A stretch of 64,000 nucleotides of DNA. Source: Zygnema circumcarinatum SAG 698-1b (Eukaryota > Plantae > Zygnematophyceae). Shown here one piece after another: positions 10,694-24,400 of this stretch (its first letter is position 1; each line of letters begins with the position of its first letter). The notes beneath the pieces were generated by a model. The model saw only the letters and a program-made list of their open reading frames with translations, was not told the origin of the DNA and searched no databases. The translations under genes and the position numbers were made by a program. The stretch is taken from positions 372,001-436,000 of the forward strand of contig CM074819.1 of NCBI GenBank assembly GCA_037447605.1, given 5' to 3'.

Positions 10694-13600
10694 TTAAGCA
10701 GTCACGGAGGCCACGGCCTCATCCAGAGCAGCCACACCCGGCAACACCTTTCCTTCTAGGAGCTCCAAGGAGGCGCCTCCTCCGGTGGAGATGTGGCTCA
10801 TCTGCTCTGCCAGGCCGGCCTTCTCCACCGCCGCCACGGAGTCTCCTCCTCCAATGATTGTGGTCACGCCCTTCCCACTCAACTCGGCCAACTTCTGGGC
10901 AATGGCCTGCACAAGGGAAAGGTCACGTGCAGTTGTTCGTGTCAGCCTCAGTTTGGCAGTTGCAGTATGGAGGAGATGGTTACCTATCCAACGGTCAGCA
11001 TCTCACACGTGTGCATCGAGAGAGTGTGGGGGAGAGGGTGAGAAAGGACAACAGTGAAGGCAATGGCTGCAAGAGGGTGAGAGGAAGAGATAGACGATGG
11101 GTCAGAGTGACAGCTCTAGACTGCGAGCAAGAGAGCCGACGAGAGTGAGAGACCAAGTGAAAATGCAGAGTGAAAGAGGCAGCAAGAGCGCGAAAAACTG
11201 AGCAAATGTGCGTAAAAGGGAGTGAGAGAGGGAGAGGGAGGGAGGGAGTGAGAGAAGAACAGCTAGAGAGCAAACCAAGAGGCACGAGTGCGAAACAGAA
11301 TTAGAGAGCCAGAGTCTAAGAAATGACGGGGAAAGAGAGAAAGTAAAGACTAACGGACGAGAGGTTACAAGAAGCCAGGGAGGAACAGAGCCAAGAAAGA
11401 GTGAGAGATGGCAAGAGCAAAACTCACATCAGTTCCAGCAGCGAACTTGTCGAACTCAAACACTCCCATGGGACCGTTCCAGATGACGGTCTTGGTGGTG
11501 TCCAGGGCAGCGTTGAAGGTCTTCACGGCATCAGGGCCAATGTCAAGTCCCATCCAGCCCTCAGGGATTTCGGTCACTGGCACAATCTGCAAAGCCAAAA
11601 ATACACTTGGACACGTGGTCATGAACGCAATTGCTTAATCGTGTAAGTAAAATAAAAAATATTCAGTATAGCACGCTTGAGATACAGTCACCCTGCCTTC
11701 TCAAACAAGCTTACAGAAATGTGCGTGATCTTGAAAAATGCTATCCAAATTTCTATACATTTTTTGACTGGCAAAAGCCATGGAGACTTGTAAACATAAA
11801 AGTAAAGGTAAAAACAAACTATTGAAGTGCAGCAATCGGGTTACGATCAGTCAAGCAACGAAGAAAAAAACAAAATAAAAAAAATCTCAATAACCCAAAT
11901 CAAAGGGCGGCAAAAACTGCACCTTGCTCTCCGCATCCGGAGCAAACTTGTCGGCGACAACCACATCAGTGGGCAGAAGGAGCTGCACTCCCTTCTCCTC
12001 CGCCACCTTCATGAGAGTGGTGGCAAGCTCCAGCTTGTCAGCCTCCACGAGGGAGGCGCCCACGCTGATGCCCTTGGCCTTGTAGAAGGTGAAGATCATG
12101 CCTCCTCCCAGCAGGAGGATATCAACCTTCGACAGAAGGGACTCAATGACTCCGATCTTGGAGGAGACCTTGGATCCTCCGACAATGGCAGCGAAAGGAC
12201 GGACCGGGCTGGAGACCGCGCCATCCAGGTAGTCCAATTCCTGGAAAAAAGAGGCATCATTTTAGTTAGTAAAATTAGTTTTTTCTGAGTGTGATTCATC
12301 CACATGGACAGACGTCATTTCAGAAATAGGGACCAAAAAGGATCCATGCACTTTCAACTTGACCGTTTCAGAAAAGAAGGAAAAAAAAAGGATTTTCGTA
12401 CACTGGCAAAATAACCATTACAGAGGGAATAACAGAGAATGTTTACAGCGGATTACAGTAAGAATCATACAAGGTCTTCTCAGTGAGGATTAACACAAGA
12501 AGCAACATTTAGAGAAAAAAAGAGCAAAAAGAGCAAAGTAAAGCAAAGCAAAGAACTCGAAACCAAATGCAAACAGAAAAACACAAGAAGGGCGAGAGCT
12601 CACCTTCTGCAGCAAGAAGCCAGCCACTGAAGGCTTCAAAAACTCGGTGACTCCGGCGGTGGAGGAGTGGGCCCTGTGCGCTGTTCCGAAAGCGTCATTC
12701 ACATACAAATCTGCGTTGGCAGCCAGCTTCTTGGAGAACTCGGGGTCGTTCTTCTCCTCCTCAGGGTAGAATCGAACATTCTCGAGAAGGAGAACGCCGC
12801 CATTCGGGAGAGCGGCGACCTTCTCCTCAACCTCAGCGCCGATGCAGTCGTCAGCCTTCACAATCTGCATGCACGCTCCACAAGCAGGTGTTAGAAATCC
12901 TGCACATTATTCTGGGTAAACCAGAAAGAAATGCTACTAAAATGTAGGTATTCAAAACAACCAAAAACATAATAAGAAATCTTTACAGATGTGAGTAGTA
13001 ATGAGCAACAAGAGCGCCCTGAGGGCTGCAAAGCGCATTGACTCACCGGGAAGCCGAGGAGCTCATTGATGCGCCCAACGAGGGGGGTAAGGCGGTACTT
13101 CTCTGTGACTCCCTTGGGGCGACCCTGAGGTTAAAAAAACACGAACGTCAATTTCGGAAGGACTTAAAACTTGATTCGCCGTTGTGCTTTGATCGCCAGA
13201 TCGACAGAACCATTGGAAAAAAATCAATATGCAGAAGCATTACGAAATAAGCAATGCCAGAAGCTCCACAATCTCATTTTTCGCGGCAAAAAAAAAACTG
13301 CGCAGTTTCGAGTTGAGACGTGATTGTGCAGACAACACGAATCGATAGAGTTGGAGCTGCTGCACTTACAAGATGGCTGGACAGGAGCACCTTGGCACCC
13401 TTCTCACAGAGATACTTAATGGTCGGAATAGCAGCGCGAATACGGGTATCATCAGTGATGTTGAAGCTGTCATCCAGAGGCACGTTCAGATCCGCCCTCA
13501 CAAGCACGCGCTTGCCCTTCAAATCCGCCTCGGTCAAGTCTCCCACGCTCTTCTTAGCCATGCAGACCACAGCGCGGTTTCCCTTGCCAGCTCGGCTGAC

Positions 13601-13825
13601 ATGGGCAGCCACTGCAGAGACCAAGTCATGCTCAATGTCGAACATGTTGCTAAACTTCTGCACCTCCTTCCTGCCAGCAACGAAGCCATTGTAAGCCAAA
13701 AGCGACGTCGGGCGGGCAGCCGCCTTCACTCCCACGCGCTGAGCGCTGCTGCCTGAGGCCTTGGTGGAGGTAGCCACTCCCTGAAGGGCGGCGACGCCGG
13801 CGAAGGAGGCGGTGGCGGCAGCCAT
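10694..13825 (-). CDS. PGK: Phosphoglycerate kinase, chloroplast-targeted; 6 exons
   Basis: Exons ~13825-13370 (transit peptide, then [24 protein letters not shown]), ~13124-13047 (GRPKG), ~12864-12604 ([22 protein letters not shown]), ~12241-11924 ([11 protein letters not shown]), ~11586-11428 (WNGPMGVFE), ~10906-10694 ([22 protein letters not shown]). Confidence 0.98.
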
Positions 13826-13829
13826 GGCT

Positions 13830-15500
13830 GCTGCAGGAACAAGCTCTTGAACAAGGAAAAAATTTGCTCGACAGCACTTGGAATGCAGGAAAGCGCTCTC
13901 TCTGCAAGGAGGAGCTCGTGCAGGGCCCTTCTATTTCCACCTGTTGAAATCCGTTCCATGCGCGAAGTTCCGCGTAGCGTCCTATCTAACGGCTAACGGT
14001 TACGTGGAACGGCTGCTTATCCGTTGGAAAGGGAAACCAACCAATGGGAGCGAAGGAGGTGGGCTCGGGGTGGTGCCACGTGGCAGGGTGGTGCCACGAG
14101 GCAGGAGGAGTGGCGGGGCGGGCAGGGGGGGATCTGGCTGGGATCGAACCCGGGCGGCCATTTTTTTGAGGCCCAGAAGGCTGGCGAATCTTGGCCGCAG
14201 AAAGGCCGTATACCCCTATTGTACTCGTCAGTAGTCACATTTTTGAGACGTCATAGGGTTGGAATTTCTCAATGACGTGCGCCAGTCCGAGTTTGCCACG
14301 TGGAGAATGTGTCCTCCATGGAGTAATTTCATTGGTGAAAGGACATATACCCCCTATTGTACCCGTGAGTAGTAGCATTTTTGAGACGTCACAGGTTGGG
14401 GAATCTTGACCAAGTGAACCCGTCGGGGTTTGCTACGTGGCGACCGCGTCCGACGTGGAGTGACTTGATTGGAGGAAAGGATTCACTGTGCAAAGACAGG
14501 ATATGAAAACGTATTGGAATGGAAATGTGGACAATGAAAATATGCCACATAGACATGATAGAATATTCTTGCAGGAATGGGGTGCTGTGATTAGCTGCAT
14601 ATATTTGCGTATTTTTCTAATTGTGTCATTTGACGCGCCACGTCAGAAAAGGAAAATGGTGGTGTCGGACGAAATCCCACGTGGCATGTACTGATTGGAC
14701 CAAATCCTGAACCCATTCTATGCTAAAACTCTGTCCGGATTTGTTGCTAGTCAAGCTCAAAAGTTAGAGTGCCACGTGATGCCGAATGAGTGGATGTTCT
14801 CTGTCAAAACTGGCCGTAAACCTTAGATTACATGTATCTGCCGCTAAAATGACTGAACTAAATTGACGGGACAGCGAGAGATACGTTCACTTATTTATCA
14901 CATAGAGATGCCCGTTAAATCGATCTGGCTCGAGAGAAATCGACGCAGTTCCATGTAGCCGTGAAACAATCCTGACGCCAATCGTATTGGAACTGGTGGG
15001 AAAAATGTCCTTGTGGCAGACTCAGCAGACAACTGGTTCCGTTAAACGCGATAACGTCACCGACCTTTCTAGCTCGAGTCGTAAAACCAGTATCTCGCCA
15101 CGCTGGAAACTTCCGTGCTGCCCGTTTGTATCACGTGGCACCATACAGAGCCCTTTTTCCCCTGCCCGAAAAAAATTGAGCCCCCTAGAAAACGTTTTCC
15201 TTCTGCCCAGCCAATGAAAACTTGCCTTTACACGCATTTCCCAATCGTGAAATGCCACGTGGCTTCCCACAAAAGGACAAGATTTTGCCACGTCAACCCT
15301 GAAATCCGAAGGGGTTTTAAGAAAAGTTTTTTTCTAGGGTTCAGAACTTGGAAGCTGTCCAAATCCCGACCTTCCCCATTCAGTGTTTTGCATGGCCAAG
15401 GAAAAGGGGAATTTCCCAAGGGTTTAGGGTTTCGGAGCCCCCTCTCTGCCTGCGAGCTGGCACACCCCAGGGTTCAGAGCTCCCTGAACCCTAATCCCTA
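13830..15500. promoter_or_regulatory. Divergent promoter region between PGK and PNPase, rich in G-boxes
   Basis: CACGTG at ~14077, 14297, 14678, 14773, 15132 and 15256, plus GCCACGTCA/TACGTGG variants; lies between two ATGs 1.68 kb apart. Confidence 0.6.
14201..14478. repeat. Diverged ~137-bp tandem duplication
   Basis: AAAGG..ATACCCCTATTGTAC..GTAG..CATTTTTGAGACGTCA..GTTTGC(C/T)ACGTGG occurs at ~14201 and ~14338. Confidence 0.85.
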
Positions 15501-15503
15501 CCC

Positions 15504-18500
15504 ATGGCGGCTGCTCTCCGGCTTCTCCCTCTGCCCGCCTCCCTCTCCCCCGTCTCCTGCACATGCATCATTCCCTGCAGCACTTCTGCGGCAGCAGCAG
15601 CAACCCTAAAACTTCAAAACCTTGCAAGTTCCAAGATTAGGGTTTTGGTTCCAGTTGAGATCGGGGAGGAGGGCAGGAGACAGTCGCCAAAGAGGCGCAG
15701 CAGTAGAAGCCGAAAGGGAGCTTGGAGGGTCAGGGTTTTAGGGCGCAGCGGGGAGGATGCTGAACCCTTTGGCAGCAGAATTAGGGTTGAGTTGGATCCG
15801 CCGCCGACGGCGGTGCCTGCTGTGAACGGCAATGCAGGCAGTAGCAGTAACGGTAACAGTAACGGAGGAGCGCTTGCAGAGGAACAGCCATGGCTGACGC
15901 CTTCCGTCCTGTCTATAATGGTCGGCGACCGCGAGGTAATGTAGGAACAATGTCAATTACTTGATGCAAGCCCCTCATCTCCTTCTCCCTCTCCCTCTCC
16001 CTCTTCCTCGTCCTCTCCCTCGTCCTCTCCCTCTCCCTCTCCCTCTTAGCTCACTTCCTACCCTCTCTTTTTCCAGCTCTCTATCTTCCACTCCCCCCAC
16101 TTCCTCTTGCTCTCTTATTCTCTTCCTTCCGTTCTCTCTGTACACATACAACATGTAACGCTCTCTACATAAGTGAGGCACATTCTGTCACATGTGACTG
16201 AAACTGTACTTTCTATGGGGCACATGTGGGAGTGCCACGTGGCAGGTCACCATAGAAACAGGACGAATTGGACGGCAGGCCAACGGAGCCGTAATGATCC
16301 GTGATGGGGACACAGTGAGATATTGCAACAAGACCCTTACAAATATGAATCTTCTCTCAAGAGTGGGAATTCGCAGAGATTTTGTATTTCCCAAATTTGT
16401 TAAATTGAATTTATTCAATCGTTCTGACTTCGTTTTCTTGCTATTTTGAGTTTAGATGGTATACACAACAGCGTGTGTGGGAGAAGCTACCGAAGAGGAT
16501 GCAGATTTTCTTCCGTTATCTGTTAACTATCAGGAAAGGTTCAGCGCCGCCGGGCGTACAAGGTGGGCAGTCAATTTGTTGTCAGAAATAGAAATATCTT
16601 ATTCATGCATTCACTTATTGATTCATGGTAATTCAGAGTGTACAGTCGTCGAAATCTCACAAGGGAGCAGCAGAATGAATGTCATAGTATTAAAGCCAAT
16701 TGGTCAAAATGTCATAATGGAGCAGCAGCATGCAGGTGACAGTGGATAATTATTAAGTTATTCTGGGTGGGTTTCGGGGACCTCGGTTTCTATTTTTTGT
16801 GCATGATTTAGGGTTTTACGGTTTTGGAGTTCAGGTTTTATAGTTTTAGGATTTTTAGGGTTGCGGCTGTTACTAATTTGGAGCATGTGGGGCTGCCCAC
16901 AATGAGGTCAGAACAGCGGAGGCTTTTTCAAAAAGGAGGGGAAAATCCGCGATCATGAGGTATATGAGAAACATAGAAATAGTTACACATAGAACTAGTT
17001 ACACATAGAACTAGTGAAACATAATTAAATATATAAAAAAAAGAATATTATGTCCCGGAAACCCAAAGTTAGACATGTTTATGTTTTGGGTTTATTGTCT
17101 TTAATTTTAGTTTAGTTTAGTTTTGTTCTTGTATATATTAACGTTTCTCAACGGTTTTTTAAATAAACCTGAACTCTTTCACTCCAAAATCCTCATGTTG
17201 CAACGGCATCACGGAAACCGTCAAGTCGGAGTTTTGGCCAAAGTCTGTGACCTTATAAATCGTGATTTTTTAACGGAATCCGTAAAGGACAACGGAACAA
17301 TGGGTGCAGGTGCTGGTGTCTCGACTGATTGACCGGCCCATCAGACCAATGGTAGCCAAGGGATTTTTACGGGAGACTCAACTGCTCCTCTGGGTATTCA
17401 CACCCCTCCAATTGATTAGAAAGTAAAAAGGGCTGCTTCTATATTCGATATTTTACATTTGTAGGCCTTGAGAGCTATTTTCCCGATCATGAACTTTGAA
17501 CTAAACCTTGAAACCGTTCGAAGTACTTGATTTTTCTATGTGCCTTTAATCATTGAAAACTTGCAACCCTAAAAACCCCGAAACCCCACTTTCACATTAC
17601 TTTAGTCGATTATTATGCTTATGAACTCTGTTGCAAAACCATTCTTTTCCCTGACTTCCTCAAAATCCTCGGTCTAATTCATCAAAGGTCGTGAAAGCCT
17701 ACGAACTCTATATTGCCTCACAACTTTTCAGTCATTGCCGTGTTGTCGACCCATAGGAGGCACATTCAGAGAGGAAGGGAAAAAGAAGAATTGAGGGAGA
17801 TAAGGAGAGAGAGTTCCACACATGCCCTAATGTAGCTTTTTATGCTGTTCTACGGCAAACGGAACGGAACGGCATAGATTGCTGACGGGGCCGCTGGCTG
17901 GCAGTGCAGGTGATGAGCTACGATGGGGAGCACAGCGCAGATGCCCTCTCAATTACAGCTGCGGGAGCTGCCCTGTGAGTGCTCAACTCTCTCTCTCTCT
18001 CTCTCTCCCTCCCTTTCTCTCCCACCTTTTCTGCCCGCCTTTCTTTCCATCTCTCATCTCTCCCCCTCCCTCCCTCCCTCCTTCGCTCTGGCCCCTCTCC
18101 GTGTGTCTTAAATAATCCCCTAGACGACTGATGTTTTCTTAGAGAGGAGCAAAACGAGGAAATAGAGAGAGTATGCAGAGAGGAAGGGAAGAGTGGGAGA
18201 GGTGGGAAAGGCGGGATCTTGGGCGGAGGGAATACGGACAAAAAAGTAGAAGTGAGGAGAAGAGATGAGAGTGGAGGAATGCATTTCAGACACGACATAC
18301 TCAACCCAACTTCCTTACTTAGCATTCACAATATTTTCAAAGGATATTGCACCGGTAGAAACCCATGAGTGACAAAAAAAAAGTGCGTTCCTCAAAAAAT
18401 TCAATTTCGCCCTTATTTCTCATCTTGTGGGGGGTTTGGGGCTTTGGGTTTCGGAATTTAGCGCCATTTCAGACATTCCCCTTTTAAAGCCGGTAGCTGG

Positions 18501-20138
18501 AGTACGAATCGGACTGATCAATAGCGAATTTGTGGTTAACCCGACGGTTCAACAAATGAAAGCATCAACTTTGGATATGGTTATTGCAGGGACTAGCAAT
18601 GCCGTGCTAATGATTGAGGTTTGTGCTTGAATCCAGAAGCTTGGAACATGAAAACTATATATGTTTGGATCACCTTTTTTAAAGCTTATAGGGCTCTATC
18701 GAGCTAACAACATTCACGCATGACGTTTTGTTGTCTTGAATATCAGAGCAGAGAGATGCTTGTTTACCAATTCACGAAGTATAGATATTTTTCCTTTTCC
18801 GGCTGAATCAGGGCTATTGTGACTTGCTCTCGGAGGAGCAGCTTCTACAAGCAGTTCAGACAGGGCAGGTAAACCACAGAACGACATAAGCCATGTACCG
18901 CTGCTGAGTCCCCCCTCTCTTCTCTCCTTTTTCCTCTCCACCCACTTCCTTCCCGGCTCTTCCCCACTCACTTCCCTCCCTTATTCCTCCCTCTCTTTCT
19001 CCCCCCTCAACAGCACTCCGTCCCCCCCCCTCCTGCCCCCTTCCTCTCCCCCTCTCCTCCCTCCCCCCTCAGCCAAAGCTCTCCCCTTCCCCCCATGCCT
19101 CCCCCCTCGTCTTCCTCCGTCTCTCTCCCACCTCAACCAGCTCTCTCTCCCCTCTCCTCCAGCCCCTCTCTCTCTTCTTCCTCCAGACTCAGCCATTTTC
19201 TCTCCTTCCCTCCTCCTCCTCTCTCCAGGAGGCTTTGGCGACCATCTGCAACGCCATTGAGAAGTGGAGCTTAGAGGTCGGAAAGCCCAAAGTTCAGACA
19301 AAAGTGGCTTTACTTCCTCCGAATCTTAAGTGTCTCGTGGAGGTTTGTATTGACAAAAACTTTTTCGCACCAGCCCTTCTGTTTGGAAAGCTCTTCGGGA
19401 GCAGAAATCAAATTTAAACTAACAAATGATTTCAATGTGCAATGTGTGCTTACAATGTGATGTCAATTCAATGAAAAATATGCTCATTATGGCTTCTCAA
19501 CGTTTCTAGAATAGAGACTTTAGCCTGATAAGTAAACCGGTACTCGATATAGAGTGAGTCGAGGACAAATGCAAAGCTTAAGTTCAGGTTGCCTGTAATT
19601 TTCTCTCTTTCCTGAAAGGCTTTTTAGGTTTGCAGGAGATGTTGGGAGATGACTTGACTCGAGCACTGAAGGTGAAGTCTAAGAAGGAGAGAGGAGCAGC
19701 CCTCCAATTGTTAGAGCAGCGAGTCATGGAGGGCTTGACAGGAGAAACGTGCGAAATGGACCTTCAAACGGTATACCCAAAAGATTTGCATTCGGAAGCT
19801 CCCTATAGCCCTACATTTTGTAAAAATCCGAAAAGCCTTGCATGTAAACTATTTCAAAATCTCTCCTGTCCATGCAATCCTAACGAGTCAGGAACCCCGA
19901 AAACCGTACTTAAAAAACCCGAGGAACCCTAAAAACCTGAAAATAACCTAAGAATCAATTTTGGCGTGCAGCCATTGGAGGAGCCGCTGAACAGTAAAGA
20001 CGAGCGAGTTGTCGATGAAGATGATGTGAGTGTGGTCGATCCCGAGGTAGTGGAGGAGGGGCTTTTACTGCCATCCGCTTCCCAAAAGTGGAAAAAACCT
20101 GTCCAGGTAAAGTCAGATAAATCAACGAATGTGTTCAA

Positions 20139-20181
<43 letters not shown>

Positions 20182-20815
20182 CTCTCCCGCTGAGTCCCCA
20201 CTCGTTATTAATTGCTCTCCACTTTCTCCCGTTTCTTACTATGCTTGTAACTCACTTCTATTTTCTCCACTCTTCATATTCACATATCTTCTTTTCTTCC
20301 TCTCTGAACCTTTCTTTTCCCTTCGCCGCCCCTCCCCTCTCTCTCTTCCCCTCTCTCCCTCTCTTGGCCTCTCTCCCCCCTGGTTGAATCAGGCCATAGA
20401 TGTCCTTACACTAACCCCTTTCCTTCTCAAATTGCAGTCGTACAGCCGAGCAGATGTGAAGAAGGCCCTCAAAGCCGTATCCTCGCGAGAAATGCGACGA
20501 CTTGTGGTACAGGTATGAACACTCTCCCCCCCTACCTCTCTCACTCTCTCCTCTTCTCTCCCTCTATCTCTCTCTCTCTCTCTCCCTCTTAACTTCCTTC
20601 TCAAATTTGCAACCTATGACTGTTGTGGAAGTGGCTTTTTTTTCTTACAGAAAGATTTTTGGCTAGGCCTTAAGTATTATATACTACTACTGCCAATGTG
20701 ACTCTGATGATTACAGTTAAGAAGAGGGAAGGAAGGGGCCAGTTAACAATGATGTTTTGCGAACTTGCTTATTTTTTACTTGACTTTATGCAGTTTTCTC
20801 TCGTGCGCTCTCGGT

Positions 20816-20861
<46 letters not shown>

Positions 20862-20868
20862 CTTTCTT

Positions 20869-20906
<38 letters not shown>

Positions 20907-21410
20907 ACTCACTGTCGCCCCCCGCTTTTCAGGAGGGCGTTCGAAGCGATGGGAGGGGTCCGAGAGATATTCGGCCAATTAGCAGCTCCTGTGGGCTGCT
21001 GCCACGTGTCCATGGAAGCGTCCTCTTTACAAGGGGAGAGACACAGGTGATGAGAAGAACCCTTTCTTAAATCAAAGAAAACGAAAGAACGGGAAAGGGG
21101 AAGGGAAGGGTGAAGGGAAAAGTTGACCAAGGACTTCCATAAAATCACTTCGTACTTCGAATTTGGGATATCTCTCCTTTCTTCCCCCCTTTTCCTTTTC
21201 CTCTTTTTTTTTTGTTATCTTTATCTATTTATCTTGTTTCTTGAGCAGGCAATAGCTGTGGCCACCCTGGGAAGCGAGAGCATGGCTCAACGACTCGACA
21301 TCTTGACCAGCCAAGAGACGAAACGCTTCTATTTGCAGGTTAGATCTCTATACAAGGGAAAGGAGTTCCATGTTGCAGTTCTGTTCAGCAGCACCCTCCC
21401 TCTCCTTCTC

Positions 21411-21446
<36 letters not shown>

Positions 21447-24400
21447 CCTCTCTCCCTCCCTGCCTGTTTCCATGTGCACAACAAACGTTCCCAAGTAAAC
21501 GAGCCCAACTCTCCGTTGTACGCCTCCGTTCAGTTGGGCGCCGTTCCATGTGACTGTAGCACACACTCTGCCCGTCATAGCTGTACACAAGGCCCGTTAT
21601 GAGAGGGCTGTTCCATGTGACTCACTCAGCACATGTTCCAACTGCTCCTTAGTGACATGAAACTCTACTGCATTGCTTGGGGGTGGGTTGGTGTTCTATG
21701 TGACTCAGTACACGTTTCCGCCGTCATCCGTTGGCGAAACGGGACGGATATTTGGTAGCGGACGACGGGAAATCGGACATGGAATGTTGGCAGAGCGCGC
21801 TTTGCAGCCTGTGCTTCCTAATTTCTCGGACTTTGTCTACACAGTTCGTGTGGAGAGTACCATCACTGAGAGCAACGGGTCCTCCAGGTGAGAGAGAGAG
21901 ACAGGGAGGGAGAGGGGGGAGGGGCGAAGAGAGGGAGAGGGGGAGGAAGGAGGCAGGTGGAAAGACAAGGGAGGGGAGGATGGAGAGGGGGGGGAGAGAC
22001 GGGAGACGGTAGACAGGGGAGAAGGGAAACGGGAGGGAGGACGGGGAAAGCTCGACGAGACGAGTGGGAGTGAGAAAAACGAAAGGGAAGTGGGAGAGAG
22101 CAGAGAGAAGGGGAAGCGGAATGGAGGGAGAGAGGGTTGGACGGATGGGGTAGAGAGGAAGAATGGGCCGGATAGAAGAGAAGGCAGCACGAGGCGGAAA
22201 GCGGGAGAGGGAGAGTGGGAGGGGGGGGCCAAGAAAAGGGGGAAGTGTGAGAAGTGAAACGGAAAGAGCGGGGCGAGGGGGGGGTTGGGGGGCAGCAGAG
22301 AAAGGGGGGAAGGGAGGGGCGGGAGGGGGGAGATGAGGAGAGAGGAGTGGGAGAGAATCTCACACTCCCTTCATTGGTTTTTTGGGGCATGGGAGAGCTT
22401 GTTTTTCAGTATGGCCTCAGTATGTGGAGGATGTCTGGCAATGCAAGACGCGGGAGTGCCTTTGAAGTCAGCTGTTGCGGGGGTTGCTATGGGCTTGATT
22501 TTGAATACTAAGGACTGCGGAGGAGATGGAGAACCCGTGATTTTGAGCGATATTTTGGGTTCAGAAGATGCGCTTGGTGACATGGACTTTAAGGTTTGGC
22601 TATTCCTGAACCTTAATCTTGAGTGAATTGGGGCGTAATTCTGAAGGAGAAGACCCCATGTTTGAATGCATTGCTGCCTGAAGTTGGTGAAGTTTTTTTA
22701 TATTGGGAACTCGGGGTTTAGATTGACGAGCTTTTGGAGGGTGCAGGGTTTTAGGGTTGAAGTGTTTTGTTTGACCGTTTTAGGACTTTGCGGAGGGTTC
22801 AGGTGGCTGGGAATGAAGATGGGGTGACTGCCTTCCAAATGGATATCAAGGTATGGTTCAATGGAGAAGCAGCTTTCTAAAGAAATGTTTATAAAGAACT
22901 GTATGGTGGAGACGGGATTCTGTCTCTCTCTCTCCCTCTGTTGCTCTCTCTCTCTCCTCTCCCTCCTCGTCCACTCTCACTCTCCCTCCCTCTCGCCCTC
23001 TCTACGTCTCCCCCTCTCACTCCCTCCCTCCCCTCCTTGTTTTTTGCAAATATGAATTTCTAAGGAGTTTTGTACGGAGTTCAGGTGGAGGGAATTACCA
23101 TCGACGTGATGGCAAAGGCCCTGCAACAAGCCAAGGAAGGCCGACGTCATATTTTAGGTGCGGGGAATTTGAGGAGGAGAGGAGAGAGAGAAGGGGAGGG
23201 ATATCATGTGTTCACACAAAAGTAATGTACTGTCTTACAATTTTCATTTCTCGGGGCTGTGCAGGAGAAATGGCTAAGTGTTACCCCCCTCCCACTCGCA
23301 AACTATCGATGTACGCACCGCGAATAGTGACCCTTAAGGTGGGCCCCACTCCACTTTGCAAGGGGAGTTTGGGGTTCAGGGTTCAAGTTTCGTCGTTATG
23401 GTTTTTGGCTTTCCATGTCACATTTTGAACAAGTATTTGCGGAGTAGCTGTTTAAGTGAGTAAACTATCTGGATAATCCGAACTTGTTGATTAGTGAAGT
23501 GCGCATTCGTGCAAGTGATTTAATCTCTGACCACCTTTTTTTCGTTCTTCTTTTTTTTGGGGGGGGGGGGGGGGGGGTTGGAATGATGCAGATTGCTCCT
23601 GAGAAAGTGAAAGACATTGTGGGGTCTCAAGGGAAAACGATTCGTTCCATAGTGGAGGAGTCGGGAGTGGATAATATCGATGTCAAGGATGATGGGACTG
23701 TAAGCATACATTTAAAAAAACTAAAAAGTAAAAAGACCAACTAAATTAAAAACTAACCAAAAGACCCACTAATTCTATAAACGAAAAGCGAAAAATCTCT
23801 TGGAATTACTTGGAGAATTGGAAACGTGAACTCCAAAAACCCGCCAAATTTCGAAAATCCAGAAAGAAAAAGAAAAACTGACGTCCTCAAACCCTTTCAT
23901 TTCTTGCAAGTCCTGAAGTCCTCAAAGTTCCCAAACGAACCGCCACATTTAACATTTTTCCTTTCTCCTCTAAGGCAAGGTAATGCTTATGCTACCGGAT
24001 TTGATATTGTGGTTTAGTCTTTTCATGCCCTTTTCTTTTTCCGGACCATTCCCTACGCTGGTGTGAGCTGTGCAGCTCACAATTGTAGCTAAGGATTTGA
24101 CTTCGATGGAAATAGCTCGGAACCGGATCGACTCCATCTGCATGGTGCCGGAAGTTGGAAAAATCTACAGGTTCTACGCTGCCCTTTTCCGTGGATAGCT
24201 TAATTCAGTCAATCGCTTCCTCTCTCCCTCCCTCCCCCTCCTCCTCTCGCCCCCTTCCCCCCCTTCCCCTCTAACCCCCTCCCCTCCCCCCTCCCCCCTC
24301 CCCTTCCCCCTCCCCTCTCCCCCCTCTCCCCCCTTTCCCCCCTTTCCCCCCTTCCCCTCTAACCCCCTCCCCTCCCCCCTCCCCTCTCCCCCCTTTCCCC

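Noticed and set aside
6774-10700. Telomere-telomere chromosome fusion site
   Set aside because: No inverted (CCCTAAAA)n arm after the gap.
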